64,000 nt of DNA from Octopus vulgaris (taxonomy: Eukaryota), in assembly GCA_951406725.2 (NCBI GenBank), contig OX597836.1, positions 7,936,001-8,000,000 on the forward strand, written 5' to 3'. The translations under genes and the position numbers were made by a program. Of the stretch, positions 27,689-42,780 are shown piece by piece; within the stretch, counting starts at the first letter, position 1, and each line of letters opens with the position of its first letter. The notes beneath the pieces are model-generated. The model did not search any database, was not told where the DNA came from, and saw nothing but the letters and a program-made list of their open reading frames with translations.

Positions 27689-30655
27689 TATATACATACA
27701 TACATACATACACACACACATACACATATATATATACAAAGAGAGAGAGAGAAAGAGAGTGTGTGTGTGTGTGTGTGTGTGTGAGTGAGTGAGTGAGAGA
27801 GAGAAGTAAAAGTTCTGAAAGCAACTCAGAAAAAAATCCAAAATAAATATAAGAAAAAAATAAAAATAAAAATAAAACGAAAAGCCCCACGGTTTGATTC
27901 ATCCAGTGTGTTTGTGTTGAAAACATTAATATTGCTACGATGCCACTCTTATGCAGACAAAGGTGTTAAAGAACAGGAGAGAGAGAGGGGTCAGAAGCTA
28001 GCAAAGCATCTTACGGTGATGAACAAGTAACAAGAGTTATTGTTATTATTATTATTAATTATGATTATTATTATTATTATACTTTGAAAGCCTTACCAAG
28101 ATCATTCAAAGGTAAGCTGGTGACATAGTTTGGAAGCGTGTACACAAATTTCTTCCCCGGAGCATCGACTATATAGACCTGCAGTACAAAACCATCGATG
28201 GTCAGTGTACTGTTGTGGTCCCATTGTACAATTACAGAGCTAACATTCTGTATAACCACTTGTAAGTTGTGGGGAGGTTCAACTAGAGTGGGAAAAAAAA
28301 GAGAAAATATAGAAAAAAAAAAAAAGAGTATTTGATTAGATTAAAAAAAAACGTAAAATAGTGAGAAAAATATAATTAATAAATAAATGAATGGCAAGAA
28401 ATCTTTGCTTTGATTCTTTCATCGATTGATTAACAAAATGATCTTGATAGATTTTTACCCTGAGAAAGAAAAATGGCAGGAGTGATAAATAATTAACCCT
28501 TTTGATACCAAACTGCCTGAGAGCACTCCTGGTTCTATGATGAAAACTTCCTGTCTTAAAGTGATCTAAATTAAAACGTTCCATAGAAATTTCATGTTGA
28601 TTTATGTTCCAAACGCCAGCTTATTGCTTCTTTCAAATTTTGGCATATGGTCAATAATTTTAGGGAGAGTGAGTAGTCAATTAAATCAACCCCAGTGCTA
28701 GACTGGTACTTTTATTTTATCGACCCCGAAAGAATGAAAGGTGAAGTCAACTTCAGTGGGATTTGAACACAGCCTGTAAAAGAGCTGTAAGAAATGCTGC
28801 TGAGCATTTTGTCTGATGCACCGACCATTCTGCTAGTTTGCCACATTAACACCAGTTTAATAATGCCAAAATTATTCTGGCATTATTAAATTTGTTTGCA
28901 AATTGATTAAAGCAAAGGCAGTGTATTTCAATAGAAATATGGTAACAAAAGGGTTAAAACACTTTTTTAAGAAGAAAAAAAGAATAAAAGGATATAAGTT
29001 TTTTCAAAATTCTAATACAAACAGATCCAAGTTGAAGTGATGATGCCAGACAGTTGGGTAAATGTCTTTAATCAAAGCCCCTAGTTGACACCTGAGCCAT
29101 GTAAGGAGAACTGGGTAGATGGATATGGAGAAAGAAGCCCTCCAACGGATGGAGGGGTAGAGCTAATCCCTTGCCCAGTTAAACATCACACACCTTCATA
29201 GGGAACAGAATGGGCAAGGGAGGCTCACTGATGGGACCCAAACTATGTAGAGGAATTGGCAGATGCTCTCTACTTAATTTGGTGAAGTTGTCAAGAGACA
29301 AGACAACAGAATCTCCCATGTAAAATATGAGTTCAGTACTTTGATTATAAATGAGATTATCTTCACAATTAGAAGACAAAAACACAAAAATTCTACCATG
29401 AGCCTAAAGTTAGTTGCAAGGTTAACCCCACAAGTAGTATTGATACTCATTTGCAACTGAGTAGACTGAAGCAACATGAAATGAAGTATCTTGCTCAAGG
29501 ACACAATGCACCATTCCATCTCAGAATGAAAGCGGTGAACCAATAGTTGATAGTCAACCCAATTTCCAAACAGTTAAGCTACACAACTTCATGAGAAATC
29601 TCCTCTGAGTGTGTTCAAAATCTAAAGAATAAAAATAAAAGTTGGTTGGGGGAATAACTGAGAGATCTAACAAAATTAAAACACTTCTGTTACTTTCAAG
29701 CATTTGACTTTGAAGATAAGAACCTTCTTTAACCATTTAGCATTTAAACCAACTATTTCAGGCCTATCACACATACCCTACTATGTCATTTGAAAAGTAA
29801 ACACTCACATCACTGAAATTTTGTTGCTACGAGATAATGCATGATTAAAGTCAAAACAGTGTGAATCAATAAGCATTATATTTGACAGAGCTAAACACAT
29901 CAGCTTTTATTTTCCAAAAATCTAGATGAGCCAGCATTTGTGTTCAGAGAATTTCGATTTTGCAAGTTATTTGGTGGCTTCACTAGTTCTGGTGCCACGA
30001 AAAGAGCACCCCTGTAAAGTGGTTGGCATCCAGTTGTGGAAAGCATGCCAAAGTAGACAGAGAAGCTCAACACCCACCTCTGGCTTGTCGGATCCTATGG
30101 AACAATTCAACCTATACCCAGGGCTGTCAATGATATAAATTTGTTTCAAAACAATCTAAATGAAGACTTTTCATTTAATTTGTTTCAGACACCACCATCG
30201 TACGATGATGTTATTTTATGAAATTCTTCATTATTTTAAAAACTATTTAGAAGACTGATCGTATGCCTACAGCAATACAGTAACACAAGAGGTAGAAGTT
30301 AAATGGTGATAGTCTCCCTTCCTTGTTTTTAGGTCATCTCCTCTGCAGAGATAATTGCAGCTAATTAAAGCTTTTCCATTCAGTATATTACATATGTGAG
30401 GCTCTGTCTTGCCTTTTTACTTGTTTCATCACTGGATTGCAGTCACACAAAGGCACTGCTTTGAAGGTTGAGTACTTACTCGATTGTCTTGGTAGTTATT
30501 CTCTTTGGTTGAACTGTTAGATTATGGGAACACAAAACAAACCAACGCCAGAGTGACATTATCTAATGTGTCTTTTTCTGAAGTGATATAGCCGAGATTT
30601 GAGATCTGACTGCTATTACTAGCAAGGAGAGCAACTATATAGAGGGTCATGATCC

Positions 30656-30717
<62 letters not shown>

Positions 30718-33700
30718 TTTTACTGGTTTCAGCCACTGGACAGCAGAAATGCTGCAACTCTGCCTTGAAGAGTTTAGTGGAACAAATTCATCATAGTACA
30801 CATTTTTAAGTCACGTACTTATTCAAATGATTTTTTTTTTGCCAAACTGCTAAGTTATGGGAATGTAAACAAATACTGGTTGTCAAGTAGCAATGGCAGG
30901 GACATACACACACACAAACAACAGGCTTCTACACAGTTTCTGCCTACCAAATTTACTCACAAGGCATTGGTCAGCCCAGGGATATAGTAGAAGAATCTTG
31001 ACCAAGGGGCCACACAGTCGGACTGAACCCGAGGTAAGGCTGCAAATTGAGTTTCTTAACCACACGGCGAGGTTTGTAATTCTCACCAGGTATATAGGTG
31101 AATAAGATGCTTTAGTGATGTTGCTTTGCCTAGATGACCCTAAGAAGGTAGGAAGGTAGGTAGGTAGGTAGTTTGTCTAATTTCACTGTTAGATACTTGG
31201 GTACTGCAACAGACGTTTAAACAATGATAAACCCACAGCATGTAACTATGCCACCACCCACACATGCATGTGGTTGGTGATTGTCAAATGGGCGAATCCA
31301 AAGGAAGCACGAGAGTGCCCCTTCTGAAAATCAGGCAACAGGAAATGAGTGTCTTTATAGTCAGCTTTAGGTTAATAAACAAGATAGTCGTTAATTAGTC
31401 TACTGGCCCCAACCAAATGTCATCTTGGAGCACTGGCATCAAAAGAATTACTTTGGTCGAAAGAAACTGAGAAATCTCTCTTTACAATTCAAACAATGCT
31501 CAATATCAATGTATAAACATTGTTAAGACAGTTCTGGTAGTATATTCTGAGAAAAAGCATCTCTTGCAAATTAACTATATTAAAAACACAATAAATATGG
31601 GAGATATTGATTCATCCCAGCAGCAGCCATTGAAAGGTTGCTGACCACTAATGGGATGAATTTCCATCTCTCAGATATGTATTGCTTTTAACACAGCTAG
31701 TCCATAAGAGATTGCTTTCTCATAAGACAAATACTGCAGCACTTGTCCAAAGAAAACATCTCTTATCGACTTGCTTTGTAACTGGCCTCTTATCTATTCT
31801 TTCAATAAAAGAGCTTATGTTTGAAACGTTAAAGACATCTTCCAATTTTCCTGAGCATCATACCTTATTTGATTTTTTTACCTCATCTTTGTAGGGTTTT
31901 TTTTTTTTGTACCAAGTATGCTATATGCTACATATACATATGTATGATGGGGTGCTGAAAAGTTCTTGGCTTTGAGGGTATCGCAAAAGGCCTGGTTGGA
32001 GGCCCAACCTTCCGAGTTCTTGTACAGGGCTTAGAAAAACTGAAGGACCGTTGCAATATGTGTGTGAATCTGAGACGGGTATATGTTGGATAAAATCATG
32101 ATTAATTGATCCTCCTGTATTTTCATTAATCCAGAGTCAGGTACTTTTCAGCACCCCCTCATATACACATCATACACATGGATGTGTGTGTGTGTGTGTT
32201 TGTATCTTCTAGTCTTGACATCACCGTAAATGACTAACACAGAACAAAGCCACTAGCATCATTACATGTGAAGGAAACAGCACCTGTTTCAGTCTTCAGG
32301 AACATTTTTACACAGAAAAAGGTATCTTTTCTTAATTCGGTAGTCTGAGTAAAAATTTAGTCAAATAATAGATTCTTATTACTTGCTATGCAAAATTTGA
32401 CGATAGAGTTAGAGAAAGACTCTGGGAGGGAATTTAATTTACACATGGACAAAAAGATAGGAGCATTTGACACGTGGATTTTTTGAAGGTTGCGCATGAT
32501 AAGCAGGCTAAGTGCCCAAAGACACATTGTCAAGAATCGAATCCACAAAGTAGTTATATCTTAAACAAACAATGTGCCATGAGCCACTGGCCAAGACTGT
32601 CCTGTTGACAGGAAGAAAGCAAAAAGCTGCTGAAGATGTTTGTGGCGTGACAACATAATGGAATGGAATGGAAACAAGAACTTGGCTGATTGTATGCATG
32701 CAGCTCAACACAGAGGGAGAATCTTGGCAAGCTGACTCTTGGACACAGAGAAGGTTGATGGCTGAAGACTATTGTCAGGAATGTGATATAAAGGAAACTT
32801 ACAGACCCATGGTTTGGCGATATGACTGTGTAATAAAAATTTTTTCTCGTCTTGTCATAGAATCCTTGAGATCCTTGTTCCCATTGTGCATAAGATCATA
32901 ACACTCCCTGCTCTACTGAATGGGATGCTAGCCCATCACAGGTTTAACTCCCCAGTTGTTACTGAAACTCATTTACAGCTGAGTGGACTGGACCAACATG
33001 AAATAAAGTGTTTTGCTCAAAAAACCCAACGCACTACCCAGTCTGGGAATTGAAACCCTGATCTTATGATCGCAAACACAACACCCTAACCAAATAGGCC
33101 ATGTGCATTCATGTAGAACACAGTAATTTTTGTTAATGTTACAAGATAACAACAGAAGGCCAAACATATTGGCAGAAAGAGAGAGAGAGAGATGTATAAA
33201 GAATTATACAAACAGGAAATATTGAATGATTAATAACAATAATAATGAGACAGGTGAGAATCAGATGATGGAAGAATATAATGGTGATATCGTTGTAATA
33301 CAGGTGTACCAAAATGCATCAATGGTAGAAAGTTTAGGAAAAAAAAAGAAGAGAAAAACATGGTTGAATGAATGATAAGGGTGAAAGAGGAGGTGGAAAT
33401 TGCAACTACTAAACTATGTACAAATATATAAAGCCATAAATGATAGAAAAATAGTTTGATGAAATTTTTATTTAACAATAAAACTCAAACATCACAACAA
33501 ACTGTTTTGTAACTTAAAAACATGTAAATGATTTATATTATATTTAATGATAAATAAATTACTTACATATCTGCATTAATGCAAAATATCTTTCAAAATA
33601 ATAGAATATAAATTATTTACATGTCTTTAAGTCGGGAAAACAATTTGTCATGATATTTGAATTTTCTTATTGTCATTTAACACTTCCTCAAACTATTTCT

Positions 33701-36700
33701 CTCTCATTTATGACTTTATACACACCTTAACATGGTCTCTCTTGTACTATATATTCTAAGTTTTGTAGAATGATACATTAAGGAGCTTCTTTTATGAGTA
33801 GCACTGTATTACTTGAATCCATACACCTATGTCAAAATTGCATTGATTCTTATGATCTAGACCAGTAGCTCTCAACCATTCTTGTTACTTGTAGATTCCT
33901 TAGATTACCATTTTAGTCTCGTGAAACTACATAGCCATTTGATGTTTAAAAATTAGTTTTACAGATACTTCTTTCAAAATTCCTATTCTGTTTTTCACAC
34001 GTACACGTGTATGTAGGTTTGCAGTAACACTCTCTAAGACATTGTGTTGAACTATATGAAACATCAGAGAAAGAAACCTTGTTGCTATTTGCAATAATCA
34101 CAACTAAAGCAACATTTTTTTCATGAACCCTAAAAATACTACTGTGGATTCCCAATTTACTATTTTGCTTGCAAGGACCCTGGTTGAGAACTACTGATCT
34201 GGACTCTACTGAAGATTTTTGGGCCATCATATGTTTCTAGACCACCAGATTTTGCTGGGTACTCATACCACCCCCGACTTTGCAGGTGATTCTTGGGGCC
34301 TCAGATTTAACCTTTTTAATAACAATCTGCCTGAAATTGCCCCTGGTTCTATGATAACTTCCTGTTTTCAGGGGATCCAAATTAAAAACTTTCTTCAAAA
34401 TGCAATGTTCATTCGTTCTGTACACCAGGTAAACAATTCTTTCCAATTTTGGAACAAAGTTAGCTATTATAGGAGAAGGGCAAGACAATTACATTGACTT
34501 GGTGCTCAAAATGGTACATAATTTACTGACCCAGAAAAGATGAAAGGCAAAGTCAACCATGGCAAAATTTGAGCACAGAACATAAAGAGAGGGAAGAAAT
34601 GGTGTTAAACATCCTCTCTATCCAGCTAACAATTCTGCTAGCTTAATAAAGACAAGTGATAATTTAGTAAAATACTATTTACTAAATTCTTCACATTTTC
34701 AAAATTAACTGAAACAAAGGCAGTGTATTTCAACAGAAATATAACAACAATAGGGTTAATACAAGCCCTTTAGGACCTTAAGTTGCGACAGAAGTGCAAA
34801 TACAAACATTAGAAAAAAAAAAAAGATAAACCCCCAGCTGTAAGTAAAAAATAAATTGATATGCTGCTTTTGCTTTTCCTGTCCCAGCTGAAAGGATGAG
34901 GTGTGAAATGTGAAAAATGAAATGTGAAACATAAGTTGTGAAATGGTAAGATTCCAAAAAACAGAATGCAATAAAAATGGTAAAACAATGACACTGGATG
35001 GTTGATATTTGAGGGACTTCGTCAACAAGAAGGTAGGACATGAAACGATGAACAAATGTGAACATGAGATTTTGGGTACATGTAGAGAGAGGGTGACTTC
35101 TACAGCTCCAACAGTTGATCTCATATATATATATATATATATATGAAAATGACTCCAGATTCTGAAACAACTTAGAATGATGTCAATGAAAATTTATTTT
35201 TATGAACTATGAGGTTTGTAGAATGAAGGACAAGTGTGTAGGATGATATTATGTGTGAAGGACGGGTATATAAAAATGATGATAATATTTCTTGTTTTGG
35301 CACAAAGCCAGCAATTTTGAGAGGATGGAGAGGCGACTACATCAGCCCTGAAAGGATGAAAAGCAAAGCCAACCTTGACAGTATTTGAACTCAATGTAAA
35401 GAGCCAGAAGAAATGCCACTGAGCATTCTGTCCACACTCTAATGATTCTGCCAGCTTGCTATCTTCATATACACACACACATATAGAGAGAAAGAGAGAG
35501 GGAAAGAGAAAGAAGGAGAGAGATAAATGTATCCAAGTTTTAGGAAATGACAAATGAGTTTTTGATGAAAATATGGCAAAGAAAGACAAAAAAAATCTGT
35601 GAAAAATGAAAGAAAAAAAAAGCTATTTAACAGTCATTATGGATGATGTACATATCCCCAAGAACACCACTGGTACTGTGTTATAAATCCACCTTTGACC
35701 ATTCTTTGTCCTATATTACCAACCTGTCCAGAGACTATCCTTTGTCCCATAGTGCCAGTCTGAGACCACCCATCTCCAAGGCAACCCATATTAATTATAA
35801 TATTCATAATTTAATTAAAAAGCTTCATTAAAACTCTAGTATTTACATAAATGATAATTTAAAAAGATGGGATACACCATTAAGTAAAAATACTATCATC
35901 ACAGTTTTATATAAGAACATAACCACCATCAAGTTTCCTGAGGTTTTTGATCTTATGTTCTGTAATGACTGCTTGATTATGATACCTACTAAACACTGAC
36001 TCAAGACATCAATAACACTGCTGTAGCTTACTAAATGCTTCTGAATTCCTAATTATTTTGATGAGTTGAATCACAAAGGACAAGCTATTTGGTTTAATTA
36101 GATTATTTTTTCTAAAACACCTGAGGACTCGGACTGATAAACAAAATATGAAAGGTAGCTTTGTTGTCAGAGATTTGGTCACAAAAGGGTTAAAATAAAT
36201 GTGCCAGTGAACCAGTGGATAAGAGATTAATTAATTATAAACAGTAATTAAAACAATACCACAATTAATTAAGTGTAGTAGGGAGTCAAATGGAAAAGAG
36301 AAAAATTAATTGAAAAATTAAAAACAAGAAAAAAAAAAAATCAAGCCACAACTGGGCCAGACAACTTAATGAAGTTTCACAGATATCAATAACCAATCAA
36401 TAGTCTATTTTTTGTCTTCTTCATTAATTACTAATTTGTCATAAAATAATTAGATTTTTTTTTACCTGGTCTCTTCAAATTCAAGGTCCTGGTGATAACC
36501 CAAGGCCAGTCGGAGTCGTACAGTGTTGGGAAGCCTGCATTGGTACCAGCTAACAGTCGAATATGGTAGACAGTGTCTGGCATAAGATCTGAAAAATGCA
36601 GAGTAGGGAGGGTCACACATGGAGTAGATAGTTTGTTTAACCCACCCACCACTTCCTCATGATCATCATTGGGTGTAATTACTAAGTGACAGGAAAGCTT

Positions 36701-37659
36701 CCTCCTGGTTACTCAATGTGGTAGAAATAGCAACCAAATCTCTGTTGATCATACCCTACAGTCTCAAAGAACATAAGAACCCATTGTTGTTGTTTTAATG
36801 TCCACTTTTCTGTGGTTGCATGGCTCAGCTGGAATTTACTGAGGCAGACTTTTTATGGCTGGGTGCCTTTCTTGTCACCAACCCATAGCTATTTCCAAAT
36901 AAGACAGGATTTTCCCATAGCTAGACACACATTTACAGAACATGGAGAATGAACAACACTGCTTGTATGATGGTGATACTCATTTACAGCTATAATGCAG
37001 TGTCAAGAAAAGGTGACACAAACACACAGGGATTCATTCAGTTTCTGTCAATGAAATCCACTTATGAGGTTTTTGGTTGGCCTGGAGCTACAGTAGAATA
37101 CAATTGACCATGGTGCTATGAAGTGGGGCTGAACTCAAAACCTTGTGGCCAAGAAGCAAACTCCTTAACCACACATCCATGTCTATGCCTAAAAGAAGGG
37201 GGACGTATTAAATACATCTTAAGATTAAGTGGTCATAGCTGGAATGTCTTCAATCATAGGCCTGCAGGATCAGAGCTGACCCAGGGCTATAAAGTAACAG
37301 CAATAACAGTAATTAACTTCAAAGATAAAATACATGAGATCTTCCTAATGAGTCATTATGGGAAGAAAGAGGTGCTTGTTGCTGAAGTTTGGTCCCAAAC
37401 CAGCTCCTGATCCCCATCCAACTGACACTCTCTCGGATACGACGACGAGCCTTCCAGATGATCTGATCAATGCAACAGCCTGCTCATGAAATTAACGTGC
37501 AAATGGCTGAGTACTTCACAGACACACATACCCTTAATGTAGTCCTCAGGGAGATTTAGCATGACACAAAATATGGCAAGGCACAGTTTGAATTATTAAA
37601 GGACCAACTTATTTTTGCCAGCTGAATGAACTGGAACATGAAATATCACAGCAGGTGTT

Positions 37660-37709
<50 letters not shown>

Positions 37710-40700
37710 GACAGAGGACCAATAACAACAATGCATACCAGTAATTAGATATTCCCTGACTGCTGGTTTCTTGAACTTTTCCATATTGGTTCTGTTGTGG
37801 GCCTTGTAGTAAACCCTGTATTGGGTGATCACACCACGACGGTACTCCCTTGGTATTTCACCCCACTTGATCTTAATGCTGGTTGGTGTTTTACCAAGTA
37901 TATCTACTTGTGGAGCAATTAAAGGCGCTGAAGAGAGAGAGAGAGAAAAACAGATATATATGGATAGAGTCATTACATCACATCAGACATAAAGTCATAC
38001 TGGAGGCTGGAAGTTGTCACATATTGTATTTTGCAGCATGGAAGACTTTTTTCTTTTAACACTTTAGCATTCAGATTATTCTGTCAAATGTACTGCTTAT
38101 TTATTCACATTATTTTGAATAAATCTTATAGCTTTGAGATTTCACTGATGTAATTGTTTGGTTTTAGAAGGACATTGTAGGGTAGGTGTGAGAGGCCAGA
38201 ATCGGCCTATTAGAATATAAAAGTGGTAGAAATATTTTGGCTGGATATGGCCAGTTTAAATACTAAAAGGTTAAAGAAAATACCCGCAGTTTTCAATGGG
38301 ATGATTAGTAGTAGCAGTCGTAACCAATGGTTGATATGGTACGATCGCCATAGTGTACGACATAAATAACTGAAGGCGATTAAAAGCACAAAGCATGACA
38401 TTGTGAACTATAATAATCCTTTCTACTACCGGAATTTTGCGCTAGTCAAAAGGCAAAGTTGATCTTGGTGGAATTTGAAGAACGTGAACAGATGAAATGT
38501 CGCAAGTATGCCAACGCTTCTGTGTACTATAATATTACCAGCAGTGAACCACCAGGCAGGTAGCCATTGTCTGGTGGTTCCACTCCATGACAGAGGATAA
38601 CAACACTCTGCTAATTTGTCCACACAATTTTGTCTGAAAAACAGATCTTAGCATGTGCTTGCCAGGCACTGCCTGATTGTACAGACAGGATTTCAGTAAG
38701 TGTCTTGCTTCTGCATTGAATAAGGAACCATTCACATCATTTAGCTATTATTTGTGTGCACGTCATGTGTAACATGTCAGGTCACACAATACATCTTGAT
38801 AAAACACTTGGTGCTTAGCCATGCTCAGGAAGGTTTCTGATTAGATTCTGGACTAATGGTACAACTTTTATCTTTTGTTTCAGTCATTAGAATGCGGCCA
38901 TGCTGGAACACCACCACGGAGAATTTTTAGTCGAATGAATCGACAGCAGTATTTTTTTATTGTTTTTTTTTTTAAAAAGACTGGTACTTATTCTATCAAT
39001 CACTTTTTACCCAACTGCTAAGTTACAGACATAAACACACAAACACGGGCTTCTTTCAGTTTCTGTCTGCAAAAGAAGACACATGCCCAAGGTGTCATAC
39101 ATAGGACTGAACCCGGTAGCATGTGCTTGGGTAAAACTTTGAAAAACGTTCCTATTGTTTTTTTTCTGTTACTAGTCTCAATCCTGCAGTGCGTTTCACA
39201 CAACCTGTGTGCATGTGTGTATAAACATGCATCAGTTTTTGTGTGAAGCAGGTACTGCTAGACCAAATATTCTCTTCATTTTGTACCCTAACCTTTAACA
39301 GAGAACGGGAGGAAAGCTTACAAAAATGATTAACAGACCAATTATTTGAAGTTGTACTTACTGGCATCAGGAGTGAACTGAGACACACTGTTGGAATGGC
39401 CACTGGCACCAAAATGGTTGTATGCAGTGACATAACAGCTGTAGTTGGTAAAGGGCTCTAGGTCCTTCAATATTAGGAAGGTTTTCTCGACAAGCTTATC
39501 TTCTCCTGGTTCTGTATGAAGAAATCATTGATATAAATTTCTTGGTAGAGTACACATTACACACATGTAAATATACACATACATGTACACATATACACAC
39601 ATATATATGTAATCTGCTCACTGGAAACACCAATTTTTGTAACTCCAAGTCAGATATTTCATTATACTGTATTAAATTGCAAATCAAATTTTAAAGTAAT
39701 AATTTCAAACACTAATCTACAACAACACAAATAAAAAAAAAAGAAGAAGCAGAATACAAACTTGATTTTCTTGAACAATGGACAGAATATGTCTTGATGG
39801 GACAGCATGGTTTGGCTATAGGTGGCTGCCAGCTTATGTTTAAGGCATTCATTGTGACTGTATGGAGGGTTACATTGCGTGGAGGATTTGGTGCTTTCAC
39901 TGATATTGATGATGATGGGGTGCAAGAAAAAAAGAGAACAAGAGAAAATATACATTAATACATGTTCAAAAGTTTCATAATAATAATAGCAATAGGGATG
40001 GGATGCTCAACCCGAAGAAAATTCTAACTGGGTCTCTACCTGCAAGGTCATGTGCTATTTTAACTTGATATGAAGTCACTATGTCACACACTTATGGTTG
40101 TGATGCATGTGCCTGGTGTACCCTTACCAGACAGGTGATCATGATGAGAGTATATTGGGCTTCCTATATTTGTACCCAAGGCATGTACACATGCAGTCAC
40201 TTTGACGGCCTGTGCTGCTCTCTTACTCAATGAAGGTGATGATCCTTTCTACTATAGGTACAAGCTCTGAAATCTGAGTGCTAGTCGATTACATCAACCC
40301 CATTGTTCAACCGATACTTATTTTATCGACCCCAATAGGATGAAAGGCAAAGTCAAGCCTGGCAGAATTTGAACCCAGAATATAAGGACAGATGAAATGC
40401 TAAGCATTTTGCCAGGTGTGCCCATGATCCTGCCAGCTCGCTGCCATGAAAAAAAAAAACGTCTTAAATTTTGGCAAAGGCCGGCAATTTTTAAGGGAGT
40501 GAGTGGTCACATCACCTCCAGTGTTCAACTGGTACCAGCGGCTAAGCATATTGTCTGGCAGGCTAACAGTTCTGTAAGCTTGCCTTAATAATAATACTCG
40601 TATTTACCGTCAACCACCTCTTCACTCTTGTTCAACATTCAAAACATATACAACCTATGTGCCTAAATATCTCTCTCTCATTCGGGCAACATTTACCCAC

Positions 40701-42715
40701 CATCTTTCTTGAATATGTTATTTGAGGTATAGTGTTATATGCAGATGCCCTTTTTGGCATTGCAGCAAGCTGCCTGGATGATTTGCTGACAGGAGAAACT
40801 GACAGCACCAACTGACACCTTTACATGTATGCACACTTACACACAAGTCTTTTTTCAGGTTCCCCTTCAATCAAATCAAATGCACTGATGAGAGGTTTTA
40901 TTGGCATAGAGAAATAGTAGAAGACACTCACCCAAAGTGCTGGAGAATGTGATTGAAACCCACCAAAACAAGGCCACTGGGAAGCAAACACACACACACA
41001 CACACACATTATAATAGTTTTCAAATGGCCCCACAAACAAAGCAGAGAAAACTGAACACATTATGTAGAGTATATTTACTATGACATAGTGATTAAAAAT
41101 GACTATTGGTCTGTACCTTCCAAAAGCAAACATCAGATAAATTTTACACAGGATTTTATATAGCTTATTAACCCTTTCAACATTATGATTACAGCCTCAG
41201 GCTGAACAAAGCCATGCAAGTGAATCTGGTAGGTACAAAATGTCCATGTGTAGATGGGTGAGTGAATGTGCTCATGCTCTGAGAGACATGGGAAAAAATC
41301 AATTTGTCAAATGTAAAGGGGAAAGCAATATTTACCATTGACTTCAATCTTTAGCCTGGCTAACCCTGAAGCATAACCAACAGAATTCTCAGCAAAACAT
41401 TGGTAATAGCCGGAATCGGTCTCTTGACTTTGAATAATTCTTAGCAGAGATATTCCATCTTTCTTCGGCTGTTAACAGATGAGAAAATAAGAAGAGTTAT
41501 TTTTAGTTACAGACACATACTAAGTCACTGACAAATATACACACAACAAATGCCTTCTGTGGCCACAAAGACTTTTGGCCTTTCCAATCAAGCAAGATTT
41601 TTATAAAATAGCTAAATCTCCAAAAGCCAAAACGTTCATTGGGAGAAAAATGAAAAATACTTACTATAATTGAGATTCTGCTGCCCACCTTTATCTTGTT
41701 TCCATTGAATAGCCAGGTGAGTGTCGGAAATGGTACAGCATCGTAACGACAGATGAAGTCGACAACGTGAGCTTGGGGATAAGCTCTGTGGGGTAGTTCG
41801 TTGAGAATTTCAGGTTCAACTGGATAGAAAGAAATATTTGTTTCAAGAAACCGTTAGGTAGGTAGATGTCGGAGTATACACACAGTTCAATCAGCAAACA
41901 CAGAGGTGATATACTTAACATAGTTAACATGGACACATTTGACAGAGAACCAGCTGGAATGCAAGGCTTGTGAGTAGGGGATTACAAGTCGGGCATGGGT
42001 CTATCCAAATAGAACCTACTAAGATTAATTGTGCTGTGAGTCTAGATGGATAGAATTGGTCAGGGCTATGTAACAACTCAATGGCACTTGATCTGCTAGA
42101 AATAGCAACCAAATTATCTTTAAATGATAGTGTACTGCTTTGATAAGAGGGTGGTGTGGTATGCATTGTATAATGTAGTTCTAAATTTAGAAGGCCCAAA
42201 AGCAGGGATAGTCATAGTTGGAACACCTTTAATTACAGGGTGTCCTTAGAACTGATGTGGGGTTAATCAACATTGCAGATAGAGAGATAAACAACCAGAC
42301 AAGAGAAAGACAGACCATACACAGCCAAAGAGACACACACACAGTTCAGACACATAGACATACACATACACAGAGAGAGAGAGATAAACGTATGTCATCA
42401 TCGTTATTGGTGAAGCAACAAAATAGTGAATATCTAAGATGAAGAAATGTAATCAGTGCTACCCACCTTGTACGTCCAATGAGATGATGGCTGAGATTGA
42501 TGTACCAGATAATGCTGAACAAATATAATTGCCACTGTCCTTCCTCTCCAGGTGACTCAGCTGTAGGCTCCCACCAACGAGGATTTTCATGTTTTTTTCC
42601 TGGATTTTCTTCCCATCTATAAAACAGGAAGTAGAAAGAGAAGGAAGGTTACATGATGATGATGTTATCGAGGTTGTGATGACATTTGATCATAAGAAAC
42701 AAAGAAAGAGATGAA

Positions 42716-42780
<65 letters not shown>

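Noticed and set aside
26227-27926. Many overlapping 60-180 aa ORFs (HT/YI/CV repeats)
   Set aside because: Translations of (CA)n/(TA)n microsatellites
31380-32900. Possible decayed transposase/LINE coding remnants
   Set aside because: No motif could be read with confidence apart from the mariner MITE
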